IMG/VR virus record: IMGVR_UViG_3300020469_000030
Source of the DNA: an uncultured virus (IMG/VR IMGVR_UViG_3300020469_000030)
Taxonomy: Duplodnaviria; Heunggongvirae; Uroviricota; Caudoviricetes
Reading direction: 5' to 3' (one strand)
DNA length: 64,000 bases
Positions 19,284 through 28,122 of the stretch are shown here, piece after piece; position 1 is the first letter of the stretch, and each line of letters opens with the position of its first letter. Made by a program: the position numbers and the translations under genes. The notes under the pieces were generated by a model. The model searched no databases. It was given only the letters and a program-made list of their open reading frames with translations, and had not been told where the DNA came from.

Positions 19284-19418
19284 TTATGATTTCTCCCATG
19301 TGGTTCGTTTTCTATATAAATCAAAGAAAATACGTGCTAACTCTTTACGAATAACTATACGTATCTTTTGCATATCTTGCGGCGTTACCTCTTCTTGTAT
19401 TTTCTTTTTTTCTTTCAT
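19284..19418 (-). CDS. Small 44-aa protein missed by the ORF track
   Basis: MKEKKKIQEEVTPQDMQKIRIVIRKELARIFFDLYRKRTTWEKS; ATG overlaps the upstream stop (TAATG) and its TAA is 1 nt before the protease ATG, exactly filling the gap. Confidence 0.75.
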   Translation of the reverse strand: MKEKKKIQEEVTPQDMQKIRIVIRKELARIFFDLYRKRTTWEKS

Positions 19419-19891
19419 TAAAATTTCCGTATTTTCTCACTAATTCTCATCATTTTTTCAGATATTTTATTTAAATTACTGCGAGTTGACTTCCAATATG
19501 CATTGGAATCAACACCGTCCTCTGTTTTTAATTTTATATTCTGATTGATTATTTGTTCGATTTTATGTAATTTACTATTAATTTCAAATACGGCTTTATT
19601 TACTTTACGTTTTGATGACATAGATTCATCTCTCTTATAATCAGTGTATCTAGCTTCGTTAATAAACGATAGTTTTGCCATCTTTTTAAAAGTAGATTCA
19701 TTAACTTCATCTTCATCATCACTTTTTTTAAAAGCTTTAGGTGTGTTATATACCTCTCCAGCCCCTGTAACGCTCATCTCTTCTATATCTTCTTCCGCTT
19801 TACCATATTCAATTATCCATGAATCATCCGTTTCTTCAACACGCTTTATATGCTCTTCTAACATTTCTTCTAATAATTTATTTAACGACAT
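19418..19891 (-). CDS. Hypothetical head-cluster protein
   Basis: 157-aa ORF, AAGGAG SD, EMSVTG...YNTPKAF motif, LxE motifs. Confidence 0.65.
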   Translation of the reverse strand: MSLNKLLEEMLEEHIKRVEETDDSWIIEYGKAEEDIEEMSVTGAGEVYNTPKAFKKSDDEDEVNESTFKKMAKLSFINEARYTDYKRDESMSSKRKVNKAVFEINSKLHKIEQIINQNIKLKTEDGVDSNAYWKSTRSNLNKISEKMMRISEKIRKF

Positions 19892-20738
19892 TCTTTAACT
19901 CCTTTACTAGGTCATAAGAACGTAATATGGAAATAATATGTTCATCTTTAATATGAGATTCATTAACAACTCTACCTAATTGTTGAACAACCTCTTTAAG
20001 TTTAACTTTAACAACATCATCTTTTACACGCTTATTTAATATATTTAAAGCTTTGGTTATAGTTGTAACCTCTTTAACAAGATATTTTTTAAGAGATGAG
20101 GTATTAGATATATTATGAATATACTCTTTTAAAAGTGATTTTTGTTTATTATTTAGTTTCCCATACTTATCATTAAACTTTTCTAATAATATCTTGTATG
20201 ATAATAACCTTAAATCTTTTTCTTGTTTTGAGTATTCAGATATTAATGTATCTTTTTTACTGGTAGTGGTATTTACACCAGTTACATGCTCTACAATACT
20301 ATTTCTGTGCTTCATAATTAAAGAAGGATTAATAATACTAGCATTGTTATGCATTTCTAACAATTTATAGATTGTTGCATTTATTCTATAATTAGAAACT
20401 CGAGATTTAAAAAAGTCCTCAAGATTATAATTTTTCTTTATTTCACGAACAATATTATATTTCTCTTGCTTGAGTTTCTTCCTATTCAGTTTTGAATGCT
20501 CTATTAAAACTAAATCAATAAATTTATCAGCTTTAGAATCAGATGTGTATTTTTGAGTTTGTAGAGCTCTATAAAGTTCTAACTCTCTTGATACTGCTGT
20601 ATCCTTTTTAAAGTATTCTTTAATAATCTTAATTGCAGCTGACTCTTTATTAGATAGGGTATCAGATGTTATTTGACGTGTCAGTAGTTCAAATAGCACT
20701 CCTATATTTTTAGTTTTACTGTGTTTTATAGATTTCAT
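19878..20738 (-). CDS. Hypothetical helical protein downstream of portal
   Basis: 286-aa ORF beginning MKSIKHSKTKNIGVLFELLTRQITSD; has its own promoter-like motif. Confidence 0.7.
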   Translation of the reverse strand: MKSIKHSKTKNIGVLFELLTRQITSDTLSNKESAAIKIIKEYFKKDTAVSRELELYRALQTQKYTSDSKADKFIDLVLIEHSKLNRKKLKQEKYNIVREIKKNYNLEDFFKSRVSNYRINATIYKLLEMHNNASIINPSLIMKHRNSIVEHVTGVNTTTSKKDTLISEYSKQEKDLRLLSYKILLEKFNDKYGKLNNKQKSLLKEYIHNISNTSSLKKYLVKEVTTITKALNILNKRVKDDVVKVKLKEVVQQLGRVVNESHIKDEHIISILRSYDLVKELKNVVK

Positions 20739-20765
20739 AGTTTTTCCTAAATATTATTATGCTCT

Positions 20766-20775
20766 TATAAATATC
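20766..20775 (-). promoter_or_regulatory. Promoter-like motif GATATTTATA overlapping the portal stop codon
   Basis: Recurring motif. Confidence 0.6.
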
Positions 20776-22552
20776 AATCATCTAATAAAGATTCATCTTT
20801 TATTAAATTATTTTCGTTTAATAGTGATGATTTTTTCATAGTTTGAATTAAAGTGTCATACGACTCTCTAGCTAAAGGGCTACCATTAAATTTATGCTTT
20901 ATTGTTCTATCTTTATTGCGAGCATCACGATCACGTGTTTCAGAGCCAAGAGGATCTCTACCTCTAATATGATCTTGATTTCCATATTTTATCCCTTCAG
21001 GTGGACGTCCAATATCACCTTCTGATTCAAATGAAAAATCATCATCTTCTTCTTGAGGACCTTCTGGTGGGTTAGCTGGATCTTGTCCCTCAGATTCTAT
21101 TTGCTCTTTTCTAAATACCTGCTTCGTATCTTCAATAACATTAGCGCGTTCTTTTTCAATCTCTTCTTTACTTAAATCAAATATTTTTTCATATATCCAA
21201 TTTTCTGATAACATTTTATTATCTTTAATACTATCAGCTAAAGAAATCTTTTCACTCCAAAGAGAAATTTTCTCTTGCTGATAAATCATAGATGAATTAG
21301 TTAATTCTAAAGAAAATTCAGCTAAATTTTCGTTATCGTAACCTTGAGAATATAAGTGTATAACAGCTATCTTAGTTAACTCACTTACAACAATACGTTG
21401 AATTCTCTCAATAGTTCTTGCAAATCTTACATCCTCAGCTGCTAATGTTGCTTTACCTTCTGTAGTTTCATCATATCCTAAGAATGCTTTTGGAATTTTT
21501 AAAGCTGCAAACATTCTATTTCTTAAGTATTCGATATCATCAATTCCACCGAACTCCATTCCTGATAATGTATCTATCTCAGTACCGCTTTGACCACCTC
21601 TAATAGGCATATAATAATCTTCCATCATATTTTGCATATTAAATTTAAGATTATATTGTCCTGTTTGTGGATCTACATAAGGGACTTTCTTCATCTTATT
21701 AATAACTTTTTGCATATAGTTATCAACTTCTGATGGTGGTATATTACCTATATCAATTTTAAATACTCTCTTTTCAGGTGCACGCATAATTCTATGAATC
21801 ATCATAGCATCTTCCATAAGAGTTAATTGTTTCCAATTCTTCCTAGCTCCTTCTAACATAGATTTACCATAAGGTAAAAAGTTAGCATCAGATAGTAATC
21901 TAAAATGACCTACTTCATAATTTTCATATTCTGTTTGTTGTGATTGATTAGGTGTATTACCACCCATTGACATATCATGGATAAATTTTACATAATCTGG
22001 TCTTTCCTCATCTGTACCTTCAGCACGTACCATTTCATATGTTGATATAGGTGTAACACCAGTTATACCTAATTTTTCTGTTATATCAAATTTTAAATAC
22101 TGATCACCATATTTACACATATTTCTAATCCATGGCCATAAGTTAAATTCAATATTTAAAATATCATAAAATAGATTATGTAATACATCGTTAATTTCTT
22201 CATTATCACTCTTAATATTTAATACATTACCGTACTCATTCTTCATCGTAGATTCATCAGCATAAATATCTAAAGCTGAAGATATAATTGAATCTTCATC
22301 CATTGATTCGTAATCTGTAAATAGAGAGAGTCTTTGAGTTTGAAAATTTTGATATTGATTGTATGAAGTATTAGCAGTGTTTGGTGTATGTAGTTTATTA
22401 AACCTATCAACTAACCTATTAGTAGCTAATCTATTATTACCTTGCACTTTATTTACATCGATTACCTTAAGCTTATTTTTCCCTATTTTACGTACAACAG
22501 TACTAGTTGAAAATAATCTTTCTAATCTACCAAAAAATGATTTATCTGCCAT
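20774..22552 (-). CDS. Portal protein (T4 gp20-like)
   Basis: SALDIYADE, WKQLTLMEDAMMIHRIMRAPEKRVFKIDIGN, EDYYMPIRG, TEIDTLSG, DIEYL..MFAALKIP, EDVRFARTIERIQ. Confidence 0.95.
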   Translation of the reverse strand: MADKSFFGRLERLFSTSTVVRKIGKNKLKVIDVNKVQGNNRLATNRLVDRFNKLHTPNTANTSYNQYQNFQTQRLSLFTDYESMDEDSIISSALDIYADESTMKNEYGNVLNIKSDNEEINDVLHNLFYDILNIEFNLWPWIRNMCKYGDQYLKFDITEKLGITGVTPISTYEMVRAEGTDEERPDYVKFIHDMSMGGNTPNQSQQTEYENYEVGHFRLLSDANFLPYGKSMLEGARKNWKQLTLMEDAMMIHRIMRAPEKRVFKIDIGNIPPSEVDNYMQKVINKMKKVPYVDPQTGQYNLKFNMQNMMEDYYMPIRGGQSGTEIDTLSGMEFGGIDDIEYLRNRMFAALKIPKAFLGYDETTEGKATLAAEDVRFARTIERIQRIVVSELTKIAVIHLYSQGYDNENLAEFSLELTNSSMIYQQEKISLWSEKISLADSIKDNKMLSENWIYEKIFDLSKEEIEKERANVIEDTKQVFRKEQIESEGQDPANPPEGPQEEDDDFSFESEGDIGRPPEGIKYGNQDHIRGRDPLGSETRDRDARNKDRTIKHKFNGSPLARESYDTLIQTMKKSSLLNENNLIKDESLLDD

Positions 22553-22561
22553 TTTATTCCT

Positions 22562-24148
22562 TTATATTAACCACGTTAAATCTTCTTGTTCATCACCTAA
22601 ATCCATTTTCCATGAATCATGTGTACCTGTTGGTGTGGGGCTATAAACACCATCGTATCCTGTTGAAGACCCCATCATCCCTAATGCCCGTTTATCTAAC
22701 TCTAAGCCTTGATTACGTAATTTTAATGCAGTATCTCTAACATACATTGCAATAGCAAATGCCATTACAAGATCATCATTATACCCTTGTTGAGCTTCAG
22801 GTCGTGAACCTCTCCATATAAATACAAAGAGTTCATCAATTAAACGCTTTGATCGTACATTGACTGCTTTTTCTCTAAAATAAATATCAAGCTTTGAAAC
22901 CAAAAGCGGTCTTGTTCTACTAGAAGTAGTAAATCCAGGTACCATCTGAGATTTATCTTTCATATCATAACCTTTGCGTAACTGTACTTCAGTATCTACT
23001 ACGCCTTCATGTTTATAAGTGTAATATAGATTCTTATAACCTCTATCAATAGCAGGTTGAATTGCTGCCCATCCTATATTTGCATTTTCTATAACTAACA
23101 ACGCTTCATTATATTCTGTAGCAACATTAACTAACATGTTACCAAACTCTTTTACACCTATTTGACTTTTATACTCTGCAACTTGTGTGACAGTTTCTAT
23201 ATCTATAACGTGATATGTTGAGTAATCAGCACCATCACCACGTGCAACATCAGCTACAACAATATAGCTTTTTGTATAATCAGGGTATTCCCATATCCAC
23301 ATTTCACCTTCACGTCCACGAGTTTCAACAGGATCAATACAGAGATTGTTTCTATACCACTCTAATAGAGCACCAGGTACTACTGTTGCACCGGAAGATA
23401 TAAAATCACAATCACATTCTTGAGCAGCTTGATCTTTTCCAAGAATTACATCCTGTTCATCACGCCAATCTTGTTCACGTTCTGGATGTACTGTCCAGTG
23501 AAGTCTTATTGTATTAAATTTATTTTCATTTGATTCAGCTTTCATCCAAGTTCTATGAAAAAAGTTACCGGTACCGTTAGGTGTAGATAATACAATTGCT
23601 TTACCACCTGTTGCTAATGTTTGTTGAGCTGATGTCCATATATCATCTACTCTATCGATAAAAGCAGCTTCATCTATAACAAGAAGTGATAAAGCTTCTG
23701 AACGACCAGCGTCTGGAGAGGATGATACAGCTTTTACTTGAGAACCATTCTTTAATCTCAAAGATAATTTATTATCTTCAACAACACCAGGACGCAACCA
23801 TGATGGTAAAAAATCATGCATTACACGCACTTTTGTTACTAAATTTTTTGCTGTGTCTTGTTTAATTGCAATAACTAGACAGTTAAAGTCTTCGTTAAAG
23901 ATCATAGACCATAAGGAATATCCCGCTGTTAGAGTTGATATACCTAACTGACGAGATTTAAGAATAATATTATAGTCGTGATTTTTAAATTCATGGAGAG
24001 ATTTTTCCTGGAAAGGGTATAAATCAAATTTAATTTTACCTCTAACAGGATGTTGTATCATGCAATACTTTCTCATGAAGTACACAGGATCTTTAGCACA
24101 CTTAATATATTCTGCTGCTACTACATCTTTTATACTTTGTTTGGCCAT
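22562..24148 (-). CDS. Terminase large subunit (T4 gp17-like)
   Basis: KCAKDPVYF, LYPFQ, KSRQLGIST (Walker A), LLVIDEAAF (Walker B), STPNG, ADVARGDGADYS, NDDLVMA nuclease motif. Confidence 0.95.
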   Translation of the reverse strand: MAKQSIKDVVAAEYIKCAKDPVYFMRKYCMIQHPVRGKIKFDLYPFQEKSLHEFKNHDYNIILKSRQLGISTLTAGYSLWSMIFNEDFNCLVIAIKQDTAKNLVTKVRVMHDFLPSWLRPGVVEDNKLSLRLKNGSQVKAVSSSPDAGRSEALSLLVIDEAAFIDRVDDIWTSAQQTLATGGKAIVLSTPNGTGNFFHRTWMKAESNENKFNTIRLHWTVHPEREQDWRDEQDVILGKDQAAQECDCDFISSGATVVPGALLEWYRNNLCIDPVETRGREGEMWIWEYPDYTKSYIVVADVARGDGADYSTYHVIDIETVTQVAEYKSQIGVKEFGNMLVNVATEYNEALLVIENANIGWAAIQPAIDRGYKNLYYTYKHEGVVDTEVQLRKGYDMKDKSQMVPGFTTSSRTRPLLVSKLDIYFREKAVNVRSKRLIDELFVFIWRGSRPEAQQGYNDDLVMAFAIAMYVRDTALKLRNQGLELDKRALGMMGSSTGYDGVYSPTPTGTHDSWKMDLGDEQEDLTWLI

Positions 24149-24154
24149 ACTATA

Positions 24155-24164
24155 TATAAATATA
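24155..24164 (-). promoter_or_regulatory. Promoter-like motif TATATTTATA 6 nt upstream of the terminase ATG
   Basis: Minus strand reads TATATTTATA-TATAGT-ATG; no SD. Confidence 0.55.
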
Positions 24165-24182
24165 TATTAAGAATAGTTTTCG

Positions 24183-24578
24183 CTATTTCTTAACTCTTTT
24201 TTCCATAGTTCTACCACCAAAATAAGCACCTATTACAGTAATAAGGACTAACTGTAGAAGATCAGTCCATTTCTGTTCAACTTCGAATGCTATAGTACCA
24301 GCGTCAATAAATATCATTAATACAGTTGATACAACAAGAAAAACTAACACAAGAGGTCTAACGTTTTTTGAAAGCCATGAATCTGAATTCATATCAGCTT
24401 TCCAACGATCTGTTATATTAGCTTCCATTTTTGCTTCATGGTTAGCAATTAACTCTTGCATTTTTCGTTTAGCTTCTAATTTTTCTGCTTTCGTAGTAGT
24501 TAAATTATCTAACACTCCACCAACGCCTTCAACAAGCTCTTTTGCACCACCTGAAAATATTTTATTTAAAATACCCAT
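24183..24578 (-). CDS. Holin, 3-TM/GTA-holin-like
   Basis: SDSWLSKNVRPLVLVFL hydrophobic segment, second segment LLQLVLITVIGAYFGGRTMEK, basic C-terminus. Confidence 0.75.
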   Translation of the reverse strand: MGILNKIFSGGAKELVEGVGGVLDNLTTTKAEKLEAKRKMQELIANHEAKMEANITDRWKADMNSDSWLSKNVRPLVLVFLVVSTVLMIFIDAGTIAFEVEQKWTDLLQLVLITVIGAYFGGRTMEKRVKK

Positions 24579-24579
24579 A

Positions 24580-25083
24580 CTATTTCCTATCGTCGAATCT
24601 TCTCAACTTTTTATTTTTATCTCGATAAAATACAATCTTTTCTAATAACTCATCTTCACTCATAGTCTCAGCTAAACGATCATACATACCTTTTGCTATT
24701 TGGTATACTTTTGAACTTTTTGGTGCTTTAAGAGCAGTACGAAGCTTAACAGCATTACCTGTATCAGGATTATCAATTCGTTTATCTCCATGAGTTTTTC
24801 TAACGTCTAATTCTTCAAGTTCTCCAGCAGGCTCTTGCATTAATGCTGCATTAAAAGCAGATTGTACTTTTTGAACAACTTTGTGAAGTTTAATAAGTTC
24901 AGCTTTCATTTTTTCACGCTTTTTCGGATCTTTCTCAGCAACAAATTTCTTACGCAACTGCTGCTGCTTTAATTGGATATCATATAATGCTTCTGTAGCT
25001 TTTTTAAATTTACGTGACATAGATGCTTCTACTAATTGATCTATTTCTTCATGAATTATTTCCATTAATTTACTTGCTTTCAT
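24580..25083 (-). CDS. Hypothetical protein, probable internal head protein
   Basis: MKASKLMEIIHEEIDQLVE leader; several LxE motifs; NPDTGNAVKLRTAL segment. Confidence 0.55.
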   Translation of the reverse strand: MKASKLMEIIHEEIDQLVEASMSRKFKKATEALYDIQLKQQQLRKKFVAEKDPKKREKMKAELIKLHKVVQKVQSAFNAALMQEPAGELEELDVRKTHGDKRIDNPDTGNAVKLRTALKAPKSSKVYQIAKGMYDRLAETMSEDELLEKIVFYRDKNKKLRRFDDRK

Positions 25084-25639
25084 TTCGTGATTCCTGTATT
25101 TTAGTTATTTGTTCATCAAATTTTTTCTGTAACTCTTCTGATGTGTGCCCACCTGACCAGTCTTCAATATCACCTGATTCCGTTACAAAGTTTTTAGATT
25201 CTCTTGCTTTAAGCCAATCTGAATATTCTTTTTTAATATCATCAATCCATGCATTAAAGTTTGATTCGTCAAATTCTTTTATGAAATCATCATATGTGTT
25301 GTTAGCACGCATTTCATTTTCCCACTTTGTAACACAATTAAAGCACATACCCCAGCGTCTGTACATTGCTTTAAATGCTGGGTGTGTCATTTTGTGAGAG
25401 CACTTAGGACAGCAAAGAGGAACATTAAAAATATTACGAGCAGATTGCAGCTTATTAACAGTTCTCTTTATTCCATTACGAATAGTCCACTGCTTACCTT
25501 TTTCTTCCCAAACATCACCTTCTTTTCTTTCACTTGCATTTTTACTGTATCCTGATTGAATGTTTGTTTTATCACTGTATTTACCTGTGATAATATTCCT
25601 CATTCTTTGTACTTTTTTTTCTGATATACCTTTTTTCAT
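25070..25639 (-). CDS. Hypothetical protein with Cys4 zinc-ribbon-like motif
   Basis: CPKC...CFNC; KEGDVWEEKGKQWTIRNGIK. ATG 25639 chosen over GTG 25645 because AAGGTGG precedes it. Confidence 0.65.
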   Translation of the reverse strand: MKKGISEKKVQRMRNIITGKYSDKTNIQSGYSKNASERKEGDVWEEKGKQWTIRNGIKRTVNKLQSARNIFNVPLCCPKCSHKMTHPAFKAMYRRWGMCFNCVTKWENEMRANNTYDDFIKEFDESNFNAWIDDIKKEYSDWLKARESKNFVTESGDIEDWSGGHTSEELQKKFDEQITKIQESRNESK

Positions 25640-25646
25640 AACCACC

Positions 25647-28070
25647 TTAAAATGTCATCATACCAGCAATTTGATTTACTGGGCCGAATGAACCTGTTAA
25701 TTTATATGTTTTACCTTTATAAATAAATACTAATCCTTCAGAAGGAATAATAGTTTTAAATCCGCCAATTGCTTTTATCTTCTTTAATTGTGCAACTAAC
25801 CTATTCATTTTTTTAATATCACCACCACTACGTACATCTGTTATAGCTTTAGCAACTTGCTTACGTACATTTTGTACTGCTTTATCAGGATTTGCAGCTA
25901 AAAATCCTTCTACATTTTTTAATACTTCTGCACCTAATTCGAAAAATAATGTTTCAAATGGGAACATGTTCTTTTTTACTTGATCAACATGCTTTTGTTT
26001 ATCAAATTCTTTTGCAGCTGCAAGAAGAGTTTCATCTTCTATATTTTTCTTATCTAATCTAAATGATTTATCGTTAAACGCCCACCTAGTTACTAAACCT
26101 CTCTTTATTGTAGGATTAGCTTTTTTAAATTTTTTATCTATAAACTCTTCCCACCAAGCTTGATGATATTCATTAAGCGTACTAGTATCACTCATACTAT
26201 ACTTAGATTGTAATTTTTGTAATTTTTTCAAGAAATAATCTTGACGTTCGCTAAAATCTTGATGTGGTTTTACTTTAAGTACTTTAGGACCAATAATACT
26301 AAAACTCTTCTGCATATTTGAATTTATTTGTTTAATCATCCCAGCTAGCATTCTAGCACCATCATTGACAGAGCCTACTGCTTTACCATCTTTATACATG
26401 AGTACATTATGAAACTGAAGATAGGGTGCATCATATGAAATAACATTTGCAGATGCTGGGTACATAATCTCCATATTTACCCAGTTATTCCCGTTATTAA
26501 ATATTTTTACTTTTTGCTTGTCTGTTAGTTTGCTAATTGCTTTTGATAGATCATTCATAGCATAATTAAATGCTTTTTCAATATTACCACGATTCAAGAA
26601 TTTTTTAGCAACAGCCTTAGAATCCATTCCACCACGTTTCAAATCACCTGTATTTCTAGCAGCCTTCAATTTACTATCCCAAGTAATAAATAAGTTTTGT
26701 CCATCTGTTTTTTCTGTAGCTGCTGACTCTAAATCTAAATTACCTTGCAGTGATTGTTTTATAATATTCTTAAAATCACCGAAGCTTAAGTTTTTATCGT
26801 CAAACGGATGTGACATATGACCATAAGCACCACCCTCTAATAATAATCCTTCACTTACCAATCGGTATTTTAATAAAGGTCTACCATTAATAAGAATATC
26901 ACCTTTTTCATTTTTATCAATTGTTTTTACTATTATCTTTTTATTTTTAAATTTGCCACCTAATATAGTATCACCAATATTAATTGGTATTGTAATATCC
27001 TCTTGTATATTTGGATTTTTATCTACTTTATTAGGCTCTTTAATCCTTTCTCCAGATGGTGATTTACCTATTTTAGATTGTTCAGCATCTAAGAAATTTA
27101 AAAATTTCATACCTGTGCGTTGAGCAATATTAGTAATAAATTTTTGCCACTCTCTATAAGCTTTTGATTGAGTATAATCTTTTGGATTACTAGGTGTTGT
27201 AACACCAGGCACCCCTGCAGGAAAAAAGGACGGTGAGCGAGTTTCTGCACTAAATCTAGATGGCTCTCTTAAAACTTCCTTATCACCAGATAAATAGTTT
27301 ATTATAGTGTATCCAACATGCTTTGCGTATGCTGAAGTAGCACCTTTATATGAACTTTGTGTACCATAAAACATTTGAGGACCATCATCTATAGGAGGTG
27401 CACCGCCTGTAACATTACCTTCTTTTATTATATTTATAAGTGAGTCAGTTTCTATAAACCGTAAAATACTTTCGGTTAATGCAAGTTTTTTAATAACTAG
27501 CTTATAATTTTTCATATGCCCAAATATATGTTTAAACAACCGAGCTCTATCACTATCAGATAAAGATGGAGCTCCTAAAGCAGTTCTAATAGCAGTACCA
27601 GACATTTCACCGTACCCAGGTACTTTAAGAGATACATGGGGAGCTATAATTGTATAAGCTCCTTGTTTATAACCGACTTCCGCTTTACCTTTCCAAGGCC
27701 TAAAAAATTTACCACCTAATCTCTGCTGATCTTTTTCACCAACCATAAATACAGCAGCTGTTGTTTCAGGATCATATTTTTTCAATATTTCTTCTGCTTT
27801 ATACGGATTTTTTACTTTAACTAGATTTTTTATACCGTATGAATTTATTATTTTCTTTTTTTCATTAAAAGAAAAAGGTGATTTCGGTAATTGCACTTTA
27901 TCAGATGTTGCAATATAAGCATCCTTAAATTTTGACTTAAGCCATTTATATGCTTGAGCATGGTGCTTACCCATAGGTTGAAACCTACCTGGGTAAATAG
28001 CAACAATAGTTTTTATAGTAGATTCTTCTTCTGAAAGAATATTATTAGCTAACCATTTACCTAAACTCAT
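25647..28070 (-). CDS. Multidomain protein: N-terminal cytidylyltransferase-like (HIGH-class) domain and C-terminal ATP-dependent ligase-like nucleotidyltransferase domain
   Basis: AIYPGRFQPMGKHH, SPFSFNEK, MVGEKD, MSGTAIR at the N-terminus; EGGAYGHMSHPFD, TEKTDG (KxDG), EGLVF, YKLTG at the C-terminus. Confidence 0.75.
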   Translation of the reverse strand: MSLGKWLANNILSEEESTIKTIVAIYPGRFQPMGKHHAQAYKWLKSKFKDAYIATSDKVQLPKSPFSFNEKKKIINSYGIKNLVKVKNPYKAEEILKKYDPETTAAVFMVGEKDQQRLGGKFFRPWKGKAEVGYKQGAYTIIAPHVSLKVPGYGEMSGTAIRTALGAPSLSDSDRARLFKHIFGHMKNYKLVIKKLALTESILRFIETDSLINIIKEGNVTGGAPPIDDGPQMFYGTQSSYKGATSAYAKHVGYTIINYLSGDKEVLREPSRFSAETRSPSFFPAGVPGVTTPSNPKDYTQSKAYREWQKFITNIAQRTGMKFLNFLDAEQSKIGKSPSGERIKEPNKVDKNPNIQEDITIPINIGDTILGGKFKNKKIIVKTIDKNEKGDILINGRPLLKYRLVSEGLLLEGGAYGHMSHPFDDKNLSFGDFKNIIKQSLQGNLDLESAATEKTDGQNLFITWDSKLKAARNTGDLKRGGMDSKAVAKKFLNRGNIEKAFNYAMNDLSKAISKLTDKQKVKIFNNGNNWVNMEIMYPASANVISYDAPYLQFHNVLMYKDGKAVGSVNDGARMLAGMIKQINSNMQKSFSIIGPKVLKVKPHQDFSERQDYFLKKLQKLQSKYSMSDTSTLNEYHQAWWEEFIDKKFKKANPTIKRGLVTRWAFNDKSFRLDKKNIEDETLLAAAKEFDKQKHVDQVKKNMFPFETLFFELGAEVLKNVEGFLAANPDKAVQNVRKQVAKAITDVRSGGDIKKMNRLVAQLKKIKAIGGFKTIIPSEGLVFIYKGKTYKLTGSFGPVNQIAGMMTF

Positions 28071-28094
28071 TTTACTCCTTTATTTATCATAATA

Positions 28095-28113
28095 ATAAAT
28101 ATCAATAAATATA
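28095..28113 (-). promoter_or_regulatory. Tandem promoter-like motifs TATATTTAT / GATATTTAT
   Basis: Two copies 10 bp apart, upstream of AAGGAG and the 28070 start. Confidence 0.55.
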
Positions 28114-28122
28114 ATAAAAAAT

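Noticed and set aside
13928..24148. Inteins or introns in capsid, portal or terminase
   Set aside because: Lengths and motif spacing are ordinary; no splicing or LAGLIDADG motifs seen.
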